Shown here one piece after another: positions 13,224 through 25,555 of a stretch of DNA of 64,000 bases. Under the pieces are notes generated by a model. The model did no database searches. It was not told the DNA's origin and was given only the letters and a program-made list of their open reading frames with translations. A program made the translations under genes and the position numbers. Position 1 is the first letter of the stretch; each line of letters opens with the position of its first letter. This stretch comes from Rhynchopus sp. YZ270_cl-10 (taxonomy: Eukaryota): the NCBI GenBank assembly GCA_964035575.1, contig OZ037842.1:248001-312000 (forward strand). The letters run 5' to 3'.

Positions 13224-14627
13224 CAGTGTGACACAGAATTAATGGCCGATGAAGACATTTTATAAAAAAACGGCAAATTTTGACAAGGACATATTCAAAA
13301 CACCCCCAAAACATAAAATATTTACGCCCAGGAACACAATAAAAGCAAAAATATAATGGTTAAGGGTAAAGTGAACACTGAGGCCACGAGGGAAGGGTTG
13401 CGCCTACAGGCAGCGTCGCTAGTCGTTGTTGGCGGTAAGAGCCATGATGAGGTGGCGGAGTTGCTGAACGTTGCGAAGAGGAGTTTGGGTAGGTGGGTGA
13501 AGGAGTACCGCGCTGGAGAGCGGAATTTTTCGGACAAGCCAGGGAGGGGACGCAAGAGATCGGCCACCACCGACACCGTTAAGAATAGGGTGGTTAGACA
13601 CATGCGGGGCAAGCGGTTTCAGTCTTGCAGGAAAGTAGCGTCGCGACTACAGATTTCGAGGGAGAGTGTCCGCAGGTGCCTGAAGGAGAAGGGGCTGAAG
13701 CCCGTTCAAACGAAGAGCAAACCAAAGCTCTCGGAAAAGAACATCACTGCCCGGATAGAGTTTGCTGAAACGCATCGAAACACCGACTGGTCAAAGGTGA
13801 TGTTCACCGATGAAAAAGACTTTTGGCTTTTTTCTCGGGTGAGCAAGAAGAACGATGTTGTCTGGGTTGCAGATGGTGATGAGCCGCCCCCAACCGTTGA
13901 TAAGGTCAGGGCTACGCAGAAGGTTCACGTCTGGGGAGGAATCACCACCAGAGGTAAGACGAAGCTCTATTTCTATGACGGTGCTCTCAATGCAGAGAAG
14001 TACCGTACGCTCGTCTTACAGAAAGCGCTCAAAGAAATAAAAGAACTCCTGCCTGACAGTAGCTACACGTTTCAGCAGGATGGGGCACCCTGCCACACTG
14101 CGAACGTTACTCAAGCATTCCTCTCCTCCCAACCTTTCTCGTTCCTCCCTAAAGCTGACTGGCCAGGCAACTCCCCTGATCTCAATCCTATTGAGAACCT
14201 GTGGGCCAAGCTGCAGACTGCAGTCAACGAACGGGAGCCCAAAGACGTGTCAGCACTTAAACGTGCCATCAACAAGGAATGGTCCAAGATGGACAATAGC
14301 TTCGTTGCACGTTACATCATGTCAATGCCACGACGCCTAGACGCAGTTCGCAATTCCAACGGAATGCACACAAAATACTAATGCATGCTCTATTTATTTT
14401 TGTGCACCCACTCGTTTGTACTGCTACACTGTATTTTTTTTTTTTACACATACACCCTTTTTTACCAAAAAGGGATATTTCCATGTTAATATTTTCCCCA
14501 CACACACACTTTTCATACACGGCCAGTTGAAAATGCAATGAAATGAGTCAAATTTTGCCTATTTTTTAGAATAATATAACAATTTTTACAAAATGTCGTC
14601 ATCGGCCATTAATTCTGTGTCACACTG
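13224..14627 (+). mobile_element. Full-length Tc1/mariner (ITm) DNA transposon, DD37E type
   Basis: TA TSD; TIR CAGTGTGACACAGAATTAATGGCCGATGA (29 bp perfect, extending imperfectly); intact transposase. Confidence 0.95.
13356..14381 (+). CDS. Tc1/IS630-family transposase, 341 aa
   Basis: HTH plus GRGRKR; VMFTDEK, VWGGI, FQQDGAPCH, WPGNSPDLNPIENLW; 37 residues between the second D and the E. Confidence 0.95.
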   Translation: MVKGKVNTEATREGLRLQAASLVVVGGKSHDEVAELLNVAKRSLGRWVKEYRAGERNFSDKPGRGRKRSATTDTVKNRVVRHMRGKRFQSCRKVASRLQISRESVRRCLKEKGLKPVQTKSKPKLSEKNITARIEFAETHRNTDWSKVMFTDEKDFWLFSRVSKKNDVVWVADGDEPPPTVDKVRATQKVHVWGGITTRGKTKLYFYDGALNAEKYRTLVLQKALKEIKELLPDSSYTFQQDGAPCHTANVTQAFLSSQPFSFLPKADWPGNSPDLNPIENLWAKLQTAVNEREPKDVSALKRAINKEWSKMDNSFVARYIMSMPRRLDAVRNSNGMHTKY

Positions 14628-15028
14628 TATAGGCCAAACCCCACCTATTTTTCCCAGCCTTTACGCGCCTATACGCGGGGTAAAAATCAGGTGGATCTCA
14701 GTCGAACTCGTGCAAAAAAGAAAGAAAAATATATAAGATGAACCTAAGCCTTTCGTGCTTATCAGCTACGCGGGATTCCAGAAAGGGCGTTTGCCAGGGA
14801 TGACAATGTGGATTTTTGAGATTTTTTTTTTTTGGGTACCGAATGAAGGGTTTTTTGCCTGATTGATTTTGTTGAATCTAAAAAATGTATCTTAAAATAC
14901 AAAGCCCTCTCGTGACAGTGTACCTTTTAAAGAAAAAAACTGTGAAGACATACTAGTCACACCTAGTAGGTTCCAGTGAAAAAAAAGGGGGAAAGGAAGC
15001 TGAGACATCTATTCGTGAAAGAAAAAGA

Positions 15029-15077
15029 GACGTTGAAAGTGCAAACGCCTCACCGTTCATCGGCGGACGCAGGCACT
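15029..15077 (-). mobile_element. Hairpin micro-element family B (about 48 nt); other copies about 37673-37722, 53992-54044, 56557-56603, partial 29859 and 52357, opposite strand 61688-61734
   Basis: AGTGC-CT-GCGTC-CGCCG-ATGAA-CGGTG-A-GGCGT-TT-GCACT-TTCAACTTC; 9-bp TSD at the 61688 copy. Confidence 0.8.
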
Positions 15078-15604
15078 GGAAAAAAAAAATGGAAAAAAGG
15101 GAGGAAGTGTGCAGATGCAATAGAAAATGATTGATGCATCGGGCAACCTCCGTCACAGGTTGTGTTGGATAGGGTCGCAAAGTTGGAACTGTCTTTGTTC
15201 CCCCTCTACATTCAATGCAGGCTGCAGCTAAATGCGTATATAACAAAAAAAATACATTTTTCTTTTCAGAGAACCCCGTGATGGGTTGTAAACATTTTTT
15301 TTTTTAAAAATGCACAAAATCGGGGCACACTGAAAGAAAGTAATTCATAACTTTTTTTTGTTTTTTTTTTTCCAGGTTTGCTTTGCATTTTTTTTCTTGC
15401 CATTTTGTAAAGGAAACTGGCACAGGAAAGAGTCACTGAAAAAGAATACGTGGGGCATGGCGTGACTTAAAGCGACGCATGCTCTCCACCACCAGAGGAG
15501 GGAAGGGGGTTTTAAGAGATAATCACGGTGGCCTTGTTACCTTGGCAACAAGCAAAGCAACACGATTTATATATCACCCATTCCACGAAAAACCGTATAC
15601 AAAA

Positions 15605-16440
15605 CCCCTGTTTTTGGTAAAGAAACTAGACAACTTCTACTCCACTAATCTTATCGATTTTTTTTTTAATTGAAAGCGCCGAGCTCGGAAATTCACACTA
15701 GCGCATTTTCGACAACAAAAAAATACTTTATATTTCCGCAAACGATGTCGTCCGTGGACACATAATTTTAACAGGGGCCCAGGTCCCCAAAAATAATATT
15801 TTTTCTCATTTTTTGGAAGATCGGGTACGAAATCTTTCAATTCCGGGGTCGGACGATTTTTTTTATGCATCTGTTGATGTCTATTATTTTTTGGGCAGTT
15901 CTTAGGCGGAAGGTACCTACTAGGAAGTGCCTTATGGTGCCCCTTTTACAGAGGAATCCCTCTATATTTTAAGGCCACGCTTTCGTCAACAAAAAAATTG
16001 CCCAAGCACGCGTTTGAAAGATGCATTGCAATATCTTGCAATTCCGGGGTCGCACGACCAACGGGTAGACGCAGAAGGCGACCAGGGTACTACCATATAC
16101 TAGCGGCGAACACCCCATTTTCCAAGGTAATTTGCCCTGCTATATACAGCTATAGTGCAAAATTACCAATGGTAAAAAAAGTAGACAACTTCTACTCCAC
16201 TAATCTTCTCGATTTTTTTTTTAATGAAAAGCGCTGAGCTCGGAAATTCACACTAGCGGTGTTTTGGGGGGTTTTTGTGACCAGGAAATTGTCGAGATAA
16301 CTGGGAGCGCCGGACCCAAAACTCTCCCACACATCCTCGGATGGAATTTTTTTTTTATTTTTTTTTGAAAAAAATATTCTCAGATCCGGGGAGTCAAAAT
16401 GAATCAAATGCGGGGTCGGACGATAAAAAATTTGCATCTG
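15605..16440. mobile_element. Decayed TE with internal duplication, related to the 59205-61181 element
   Basis: AGACAACTTCTACTCCACTAATCTT.TCGATTTTT duplicated at about 15629 and 16183; CGGGGTCG(G/C)ACGA repeats; same motifs inverted at about 59385-59416 and 60975-60997. Confidence 0.6.
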
Positions 16441-17460
16441 GGTTCTCTGAGTGACTTTTTTGCAAAAGTATACGGAATTTCATGGAATGGGTGATATATA
16501 TTTTTTTTTTCCGTATTACTTTTGTAACTTGTTACATAACAAGCAAAATTGGTTGTTACCCATTGGTAAGAAGGTCATTGTGAAATGTTGAAGCACGGGA
16601 AAAACGAACCCCCCACCAGGGGGAAAGGGGGAAGGGGGACATAACTACATCGCTTTTTTGGAGATTAAAAAAGCCATCTATTGGTGTAGACGGTCATTTA
16701 CTCCCCAGAAAACATTATCAAGACCACATGCCGTTGGGTATGCAATACGTTCTTGAACACAAAAAAAATCAACACAACAAAAAAAGGGAAAACTTTACAG
16801 ACCCAACACCTCTCGTTACCAAACCCCCAAAGAAGCTTCATAAGCCTATCACCTATCCCGTTAGAGGTAATGAATGGAAAATTTGAAAGATGAGTGTGCT
16901 CTCGTGTACACACAACTAAAGATGATATGAAGTGCGTCAACAAATGACGCTTTTGTGGATTTAAAGTGGCTCTAAACCTAAACACAAAAAGCGAGAAAAT
17001 GGTCCCTCACCTTTGGGAATCCATGATTAAAAGGAGCGAATTGAACCATTTTGACCCGATGTAGAACGTTAATACCACAAAAGCTGAAAAGATCAGAGGA
17101 GTCTAATCTTTAAAAAAAAATCGATACGGCAGTGTTCTGTCTGGGTCGATACACAAACGACAAAAAAAAAAATCGCAACCCTTTTGGCATGATCGGAGCG
17201 CAAGTTTTCAAAGTCTTTTTCAAAGTCTTTACAGTGCACTATGCGTCGTTCGACTACACCATTTTTTTAACGTAGTTCCGGACCCATTCCCCCCTCCCAG
17301 TCACAACACTTCAGGCCAGTGGGACGCAGATAAAGGCAAGACAAAAGAGATAGAAACAAAGCCCCTTCCTATGTAGGGTAAATAGAGGGAGCGATAGGCA
17401 AGGTCCGGGAGAGTACGTTCAGTTGATCACTAGAGCCTGATTTTTTTGGATTGTTGAAAA

Positions 17461-17523
17461 TTAGATTCATATACTTTCAGTTCACAGAATTGAAAGTATT
17501 TGAGAGGGTCAACACAATGCACC
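17461..17523. repeat. 63-bp hairpin repeat, second copy at 37071-37133
   Basis: 62/63 identical; stem ATACTTTCAGTTC/GAATTGAAAGTAT with a 3-nt loop. Confidence 0.85.
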
Positions 17524-18135
17524 CATTCTTTTTTTTAGGGTTTTGAAAAGAAAAATAGATCCTAAGGATTGCCATGAGAAGGATGCAAAATGGCGGGTTG
17601 CTTTTATAGTGACAAACCACCGAGGCCACCTCCGAGTTAATGGAAGTAGGGCGCTTCCGAAAAAGCAGAAAGTCTCCTACAGGGGTTGAAAGGTTGTGTG
17701 AAAAAAAACAGAGAAATAAGTTGAAAGTACATACCGGACAACGAAGGCTTGAGTACTGGTAAAAATACGGGGGGGATTTTTTTTTTTTTGTCAGAAACTG
17801 AAGATGAACCTAAGCTGCGTGCTTAGCCTTACCTTCGCCAAATTCGTGGACTTTGTATTCATTGCGTTAGAGGGATGTTTGAACACCCAGAAAATATATC
17901 AAAAATAAAAAACAAAATAACACACAAAGGAATGTGCTAACGCCTCTTTATCTGGGCGCAGACAATAAACAAAACAAAAGATGCCTCATCTGATCGGTGA
18001 ACCTTCCAGGGGTTTCGCTCTGTTCACAGAGGGTTTCCCTTTTGCAGATTCAAACGAATCGTTTTTTTTTAGTTGGCAACATTTGTTAAGCTAGTGTTCT
18101 CGTTCAAAAGTGATAAACAAATGAAGAAAAAAAAA

Positions 18136-18198
18136 TGTGGAGATTGCACAACTGTGGCAACACAACCGAGGGCAACTACACTACTCCAACAATTTATC
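18136..18198 (-). mobile_element. Family E short element; other copies 32319-32368, 40369-40426 and opposite strand 21094-21158
   Basis: Shared GGAGATTGCACAAACTGTGGCAACACAACCGAGGCAACTACACTACTCCAACAATTTATC. Confidence 0.8.
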
Positions 18199-19451
18199 AA
18201 AAAAAAAAAAAAAAAAAAAATGAAAGATGGATGTAACTCTCACACGCCTTACTCAAAGAATTCAAAGTTTTGGATGACCATAAAGGTCCAAAAACTGCTC
18301 AAAAATACTGTGTTTTTTTCGGGCTTCTATTTAGAGCGCTGAAAAGGGATATGGGGATAAAAATACAAAACAGACCATTTTTGGAAGAAAGAAGAGTTTA
18401 TAAGATGAAAAAACACTGCGGAAAAAGCGCGGAAATCAAAACTACACTGCAAAATGGGTCACTCTCTCCCCTCCCCCACTTTGCAGTTTTTGCCAACCAA
18501 TGCCAAAGAAACGTTGCCCAAATCTTAGAGAGATAGATTCTGTGTCGTTGGGGATGGCGAAAAAAAAAACAAAAAAATTGAAGTTGATAGTACCAACGCC
18601 TCTGGGACGCAGGAAGGGTACTGACGAACCCGTGGAGTGTTAAAAAAAAAATGGGCCAAATTCCCAAGATTTGGTACGGCACAACATATTCACGTACAAG
18701 GGGTACCAAGCTGACAAAAGTGGGCAACGTGGTCACTGAGCTTCGCGTGTCTGGTCACGTTGTGCTCCAGCAAAAAGTTGGGAAATCATCACAGGAGGCT
18801 AAAATCTATCAATGCTGCATCCCGTTTTGGTGGGAACTTTTTCCGTTTTGATAACTGCAGGTTGACACAGCTGTCCTATGAAAAAAAAAACGAACACAAG
18901 AAGGTGGAAAGAAGGAAGTGCAAAGTTGTGCAAGAAACGGGAGGTAAGAGCTAGCGCAAACACACAGAAAAAAAATCCGAAAACTTGAACGATGTGGAAT
19001 TGAACTTCGGGGGGCACAACACCTTCCTTTCAATTCCCATCGGACGCCCCACTAGGCAGCGCTAGACCCTCTCCTCTACAACGCTGCTAACGCTGCATGG
19101 TTTTTTGTTTTGCTTTGCCTTTTTTTTAGATCTATTATTTTTCATTTTTGGAGCATCACTTTTGACCATTTTGTTCGTTCATGTATGACTTTGTAAATTG
19201 AAAAAAAAACCCGTTTCACAGAAATGATATTCCGGAAACCTGATTTCTTTTTTGTTCTCTAATATTCCCTACTCCCCACAGGAGCAAAGAAGGGCGATAC
19301 CCCCAATGGGGTTACCCATTGGTTCTACTGTTCACCATGAGGAAGCGTAGCCCCGCGTAGATTGTAGCTCTGATTGAATGGTTAGCAGAACCCACGCTCA
19401 GGCAGCTCCCTCCTCCCCAACTTTATTTGCACCCACACCCCTGGATCGACG

Positions 19452-20618
19452 TCACAACCGATCCTTTTTCTTTTTTTGAAATTTGATATCACTAACCGGG
19501 AAGGATGCCACCACTGGCGGATTTGCCCCCTTTTGCCTTTGACACACAAAGACAACGTCTTCGGAAGGGGCAACTTCAATGCCTATCACACCTGCAGAGA
19601 ACTCACTGAGGATGCCAACTTCTTTGCGTGAGACAAGACACCAGACACGCACTGTATTATCCTCACCACCACTGAGTAAGAGCTGCCTGCGTGGGAGCAG
19701 ACAAAGACAGTTCACTTGTTTTGAGTGGCCGCAAAACACTTTGAGGCAAATTCGCGTTTCGGCGTCCCAAACACGTACAGTATCGTCTGTTGCGCAACTA
19801 TATACGGCAGTACCTTGTTCTGGAACGATAAGCGACGAAATGATATTGCTGTGGCCGCGCAGCACACCCAACGCAACGAGGGTTTCTGCGTCTAGGATGT
19901 GCACGGAATTGAATGACGACACAAACACCCTTCTGCCACAGGCCGACTCCGCGAGACCCTTTGCGCTCCACCCGATGTCATGGCACCGCACGCACACCAT
20001 GCCCACATCCCACATCTTTATCATCCTATCCGAGCTCCCATGAGAGTACAACACCCCACGCGTCTTCGACACCGCGATGCCCTGCACCACTCCTTTATGC
20101 GCTTCTACAGAGCTGCCTTCTGTCCAAGAACCCCGCCCCCACAACTTAATATTCCCCGACGCACCAGCACTGTACAACGTCGAGGAAGAGAACGCCATGC
20201 CGGTAATATGTCCAGTCTCTGCATCCAATTGCGCTTCGAGACATCCGTTTTCAGTGTTGAAGACATGGATTTGACCCCCATGAGGAGAATGTGAGGCAAT
20301 AAGAAGCTGCGAACAACATGGCGCAATAGCAATACACGACACAGCAGTGATGCCCTCTGTGTTATACCGATGCGGTGCAAGCAGCGGAGCAGGCAACACA
20401 ACACTCAACACATCACCCTGTGATATCCCCAACGTATGCACAGGGTCGCTGCACAGCCTGTCCAGCACCACCCCCTGGTACATAATCAGAACATCGTCCC
20501 GGCACCCAGACACACCCGACAGACGCACCCGCTCCCACACAGAGGCGACTGTATCGTCTGCGCTCAACGCAATGCCAACCACCTCTGATGAATTCGCGAA
20601 GTGTATCTTTATATCCAT
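19452..20618 (-). CDS. Ubiquitin-like N-terminal domain plus WD40-repeat protein
   Basis: MDIKIHF...LIMYQGVVL...LGISQGDVLSV (Ubl); repeated GH...D.T(V/I)RVWD WD40 motifs. Confidence 0.85.
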   Translation of the reverse strand: MDIKIHFANSSEVVGIALSADDTVASVWERVRLSGVSGCRDDVLIMYQGVVLDRLCSDPVHTLGISQGDVLSVVLPAPLLAPHRYNTEGITAVSCIAIAPCCSQLLIASHSPHGGQIHVFNTENGCLEAQLDAETGHITGMAFSSSTLYSAGASGNIKLWGRGSWTEGSSVEAHKGVVQGIAVSKTRGVLYSHGSSDRMIKMWDVGMVCVRCHDIGWSAKGLAESACGRRVFVSSFNSVHILDAETLVALGVLRGHSNIISSLIVPEQGTAVYSCATDDTVRVWDAETRICLKVFCGHSKQVNCLCLLPRRQLLLSGGEDNTVRVWCLVSRKEVGILSEFSAGVIGIEVAPSEDVVFVCQRQKGANPPVVASFPVSDIKFQKKKKDRL

Positions 20619-21722
20619 TGTTTTGGGTGTTTCTGATACGTAGAATAGAAGGTGTGCAATGTAACGCAAAAATCCGCTAATAAAAGCATAACAAAATTCA
20701 AAGGATAATGTTCACCACACTGGATGATAGGGGTCACATGATAGGATCCTATCATCTGAACCTACCACATCACCCTTCGTACAGCGTGGTGTTCCAAAAA
20801 TGAGGGGGGAGGTGGGTACGTGGTCTTATAACAAATAAAAATTGCTTTTTTTTTTGGATGTATTGCCAGGGGGATGGGAAAGGGGAAGAGAACTCTCATT
20901 ATCTAAAAAACTTGGTACAAAACTAAAAAAACATGGAAATACTACAGAAATGGGGGATGGGGGAGGGTTTTTTTGTCACAGCAACGAGACAAAAAAAGGA
21001 AAAAAAACCCCCTCCTTTGCTAGAACAAAAAAAAAGAGCGGGCTGCTGGCTTGGCAGCAGTAGGTACAGTACAAATACATTATTATTATTTTTGATAAAT
21101 TGTTGGAGTAGTGTAGTTGCCTCGGGTTGTGTTGCCACAGTTTGTGCAATCTCCACTGTCTTTTTAATCTCGACAATCTGTTTGAGTGGCGCCCGCCCCG
21201 TCGGACCGTTACTATCTAACAAATGCACACGATTTATTTTGAACGTTTTAAGGGAAAGGAAAAGTTCGTCAAATGGGCTTAGGAACAGGTGAAATGAACC
21301 TCTCGCTCAGTCGCCTGTTAACCTTTAAACAAAACCGAAAAGAAAAGGGTCGGGGAAAGAAACCATTGCACGAGAACAAAGCTGTTCTGACCACAACCCC
21401 GCAAAGAAGGTAGTGGTTTTGCAACCGTTGTGCCATACTAATTTTTGAAGGTTTTATAAGGGGGAGAGGGCAAATGATAAAGATACGTATATTTTTTTTG
21501 AAAGTGAACGGGAAGGGTTTGTACGTTGATTCAAGCACCAAAAATAACGCGGGGTCCTTACATTACACCCAGTCGTTTTTCATCGTGCCATAGTTTTAAA
21601 AAAAACACCCCCCTTTATCGCCTTTCCCCTCCCTCCCGAATTCCCCCTCCCTATGAAACAAAAGAAAAGTTTGCCTGTACAGTTAACATAATCGAACCAA
21701 ACTGCACAAAGATTATTCTGTT

Positions 21723-23240
21723 CTAATACCCTCTTGTAGTTGCCGCATAACGCGGCTTTTGTGACAGCAGCCTCGCCGCATCTGGGAGGGAGTTTGTACG
21801 GTGCATCGCCTCTCTGGCTTCATGCTCTGGAAACCCCATTCTTGACAGCACTTTGACGGGGTCCGACCAGAACCCTGCTGTAGGGTGTTCCTGCACGATC
21901 CTTCCTGCTGCACAGGCAAGACGGTTCTCGCGGTCAAGCTTAACACTCTCCAGGAGGTGGTCGACTGTACGCAGACGCGATTCATTTGCAATGCCGTACG
22001 TCTCCACATCCTCCAGCAACGCCATCACTGCCTCCAAAATCGCCACATGGTGTGAATCGATCCCCTGCGACGCGACCACCCCAGGGATGTGGTCCCTCCC
22101 CCCACGGTAGTAGTGGTCCTCTCTCGGGTCGTAGGGTGGGTTCGGTCCGATGGTTCCATCCACCTCACGCACACCCCACGCAGTCTGGGAGGTGACATCA
22201 CTGAAATCCACGCCACGACGACGTTGTCTGAGGTACTGAATTTTTAATACCTTCTGGCGTCCTGGAAATGGGTCGTAAGGGATCAAAAGCGTCTCGCGGC
22301 TGACCTGAAAGGCAGGAATTCCCCCACGCTTGACCCGTCCCCACAGCGCTCCTGTAACGTCAGATGCCCATCCCTGGCCGCTCACTTCGTCGTAGTTGAG
22401 TTTGTACTCCGCGCTGAGTAAGGTGTCGATGGCGCCCTCCGGAAGCTGGAACATAGCGCCCTCAGGGATGATCATCTCAGTCAACCCCCGGTCCACCCGA
22501 GGAACGTACATAATGACCAAAACCTTCGCCACCCCAGGGTAAGGGTCATTCCCAATGCCGAGGTGCGAATTCTCCACGTGGAGGTCGATTCCGCCTTGGT
22601 TGAGGTGCTTCTTCACAACCCCTGTCACATCTTTGTGAACACCGTGTTTGGTGTTGTCCTCCACACGGTACGACGCATTCACAATCTCCGCAATAGTGTC
22701 TGGGGGCAGCTGCAGATGCCCGCCCTCGGGGACACGGATGTATTCTGTGTTCATACCACGAATTTTGACACTATCGGTGTTTTGCTTCCAGGAGGTCGGC
22801 TTGCTGACTACGCTTGTTGGACGCTTCTTCTTTGGCGAAGACTGACGCACCGGACGTCCACTCGGTGGCGGAGGGGTGTTTATCCCTGTCAATTGGTGCA
22901 CATTGTACTGAGAAGGGTAGTTGTACCGTCCTGAGGCAGAGGTTCCTGCTCTGCTCCGCGGCGAGCGCGAACGCGACCGAGAAGAGCTGCGCCTCCGCCT
23001 ACTGCCACTTCTCCTACGAGAGGACTGCCTGTTTGGCGTCGACGGCGGGGGCGTGGAATACTCATACCCGCCACCCCCCGTCGCATGGTACGAAGGAACG
23101 TGAATGCCATGAGAAGTCTTTGCATACGTCGTGCCCCCCGGCTGCGACATACGCGTCCCGCTCCGACTCCTCCTCGACTTCGTGGGTGACCCCCTCCGCG
23201 TAGATTGCGAAGAGATGTTCTGCCAGTCAGGTGTCGACAT
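21723..23240 (-). CDS. RS/low-complexity N-terminus, two DUF3395/lectin-like beta repeats and C-terminal UBA
   Basis: Duplicated DVT...DP(Y/F)PG..KVL.I.Y motif; LSRMGFPEHEAREAM...AARLL UBA signature. Confidence 0.75.
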   Translation of the reverse strand: MSTPDWQNISSQSTRRGSPTKSRRSRSGTRMSQPGGTTYAKTSHGIHVPSYHATGGGGYEYSTPPPSTPNRQSSRRRSGSRRRRSSSRSRSRSPRSRAGTSASGRYNYPSQYNVHQLTGINTPPPPSGRPVRQSSPKKKRPTSVVSKPTSWKQNTDSVKIRGMNTEYIRVPEGGHLQLPPDTIAEIVNASYRVEDNTKHGVHKDVTGVVKKHLNQGGIDLHVENSHLGIGNDPYPGVAKVLVIMYVPRVDRGLTEMIIPEGAMFQLPEGAIDTLLSAEYKLNYDEVSGQGWASDVTGALWGRVKRGGIPAFQVSRETLLIPYDPFPGRQKVLKIQYLRQRRRGVDFSDVTSQTAWGVREVDGTIGPNPPYDPREDHYYRGGRDHIPGVVASQGIDSHHVAILEAVMALLEDVETYGIANESRLRTVDHLLESVKLDRENRLACAAGRIVQEHPTAGFWSDPVKVLSRMGFPEHEAREAMHRTNSLPDAARLLSQKPRYAATTRGY

Positions 23241-23543
23241 TTGTGTTCTCTTATCTGAATAAGGGTTAAGCAGGGGGAAGGGAGGATTGAAACAAGGTAT
23301 TTTCTAAAAAGTTGAATTCGGGGGGGGGGATTTGAATAAGGGAAATATTTGAAGTTCCAAAAAAAAAGGGTGTGTGTTTTTGTGTTTAGGATAGGACACA
23401 CCCCACTCCCTACTCTCTCCCCTTCTAACTATAGGGGGGCAACTAGGTAAAACCAAGACTTATAACATGAGGTTTTCAAAAAGCTACATCATGCACGCCT
23501 AGGTTAACCTGTGGGTTGAGAAAGTGTTGATTCATTTTGAGAT

Positions 23544-23577
<34 letters not shown>

Positions 23578-24719
23578 CATAGGGTGAAAACGATCGTTTT
23601 TTTTTTTTTTTTTTTTTTACGAATCTGGGAAAAAGTGATCGGTCTTTTTTTTTTTTTTTTTTTTTCACGATCGTGAAGAAAAAAAAACGATCGTTTTTTT
23701 TTTTTTTTTTTCTTCACGATCGTGAAAAAAAAGCACCTTTTTCTTCACGATCGTGAAGGAAAAAAAAAAACGATCGTTTTTTTTTTCCCATATTATGTCG
23801 TTGATCGCTGGCCCACACCAGGGAGGGAGCCCCCACAGGTGCCCACAACCCCCCTGAAATCGGCCGAGAGTAACTTTTAGCGGTGTTTTGACGTAAAATG
23901 TCACCTTTTTTGCCATTTTTGGGGTGTACTTTTCTGGAACAAAATTCGCAAAACCCGAAATACGAATCGTAAAAAATCGCGACATTCTATGACATGCGTA
24001 TACCATGAAGCAGCACGTCACGGCATGGCATGTAACATGCACATGTAATATCGCCAAAAACCTAGTCGTAGTAACATCATCACTGTGCAAACCCCTGTCC
24101 ATCCAATACAATTCACACTCTTTGTGGGTGGTCTTGCTGCCTTTTTGCCACAGTAATTTTTGGCCCGGCAGGCATGCTCTTGAAGCATGGCAATTTAGTG
24201 TGTATGGGGCAGGGTGTTGTTTTGTTCTGAATTCCCTTTGTTACAATATCTATCCAATCGCGAGTGGTTGTATGTGTATCGTGAGACACTCTTTTTAACC
24301 CTTTACGGACCAAGAGGACATTTATGCCCATTGTGGCGGGGGATGCGGCGTTCAACACCAGGCCAAGTTGGCCAAAAGCCCAACTTTTGTACTGTCCAAC
24401 CTCTGTACAATTACGGTATATTTCGTTGGCTGGTGGTCTGAAGAGTGATCTGACCATATTCTCCAGGTATAACAAATGCCCAAATAATGCATTGGCGAAG
24501 GAATTTTGCACTTTTGACCATCACACATTACTTGTATTTTTACCGGTTTTTTAATGAGTACAACCTATGTCAGAGCACGCTGTCCCACAGATTTTAGAAT
24601 TTGGGGGGGTCACGCAACAGGGATTACGCAGCTCCCCATACTTATCGCTAAATATGCCGTTTTCCCCGAAAAATTTTAGAATTCCACGCCCAATTTCTTT
24701 CTTTTTGGCAAAAAAAAAT

Positions 24720-24961
24720 TTTTCGCGCTTCGCGCGAAAAAGGTCCTCAGAAGCTCAATTCCGGAAACAAATACGGGGGGAGCGACGTTTTCCAACTCCT
24801 CCGCCATCAGCAGGAACACCTCCGTTTTCTCTTGAATCTGGGACGCTTGTTGCTGAGAAACAGGGCAACAGCGCGTTCAAGCATATTCCCCATCTTTTCA
24901 GTGTTAAACTCGTGGCGAAGCCACGGTACGCAACATTTCTAAAAATTGCGCTTAAAATTGC
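24720..24961. repeat. Dispersed repeat, inverted copy at about 41770-42205
   Basis: Long near-identical reverse-complement match (e.g. AGGTCCTCAGAAGCTCAATTCCG, CCTCCGCCATCAGCAGGAACACCTCCG). Confidence 0.85.
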
Positions 24962-25299
24962 CTACTATGTCGCGGGAAGGGTGGGTTGAAAGCTCGCGCC
25001 GCAGTGCATCTTCCTTTTCCGGTAAAATAGAAGAAAATTGTCTTCTAAAAATAGAATTCTGTGGGGGGTAGGTGAGAGGTGGGCGGAGCCCCCACTCCTC
25101 CACCCCAGCCTCAATCCAAAACCCTGTATTTTTTTTTTTTTGGTATTTTTTGAGCTGAGATTTTCAAAAAATACCAAAAATACCAGGGTCAACCGCTGTG
25201 ATGCTCATTGTTTAGAACACAGGGCTATTTCTAAATATGGGGTCCGGAGTCCAAAATCCAATCCGGGACACAATTTTGGCAGATTTATTTTGGGCCAAA

Positions 25300-25555
25300 A
25301 ACGTCTTTATTTACATTTTTGGGATTCGCCCGTGCAGTGGTGGGGTCAATCTCGAAAATTGGATTTTTTGACCACTTAAATTTTGAGAAATATGAGCCCG
25401 GTCACTTATACGTGGGCCCATTTTCGGCTAAAATTTTCCTCAAAATCCGGGTTTGTAAAATTGACCCTTCTGTGAAGGAAGGTTGTGGAAAAGGGTCCTT
25501 ATTTGCATTTTTGGAAGCCGCCCGTGCAGTGGTGGGGTCAATTTGCAGAATTGGG
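25300..25555. repeat. Dispersed repeat, direct copy at 56241-56414; restarts head-to-tail at about 25490
   Basis: Shared CGCCCGTGCAGTGGTGGGGTCAATCTCGAAAATTGG...GTAAAATTGACCCT. Confidence 0.85.

Larger units (their letters stand above)
13171..14694. mobile_element. About 118-bp MITE (38-bp TIR CCACCTGATTTTTACCCCGCG...) interrupted by the Tc1/mariner element
   Basis: TIRs 13171-13208 and 14657-14694; 5-bp TSD ATCTC at 13166-13170 and 14695-14699. Confidence 0.85.

Noticed and set aside
14886..15090. A-runs beside families A-E as poly(A) tails of plus-strand SINEs
   Set aside because: The 61688 copy has no A-run, A-runs occur on both sides like TSDs, and G-U pairing favours the opposite strand
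19337..19375. Possible C/D snoRNA (ATGAGGA...CTGA)
   Set aside because: Imperfect C box, too short, no terminal stem, and on the non-coding strand
23590..23790. ACGATCGT repeats as a CRISPR-like array
   Set aside because: Spacers are homopolymer runs; better explained as TE subterminal repeats mirrored at 27030-27135
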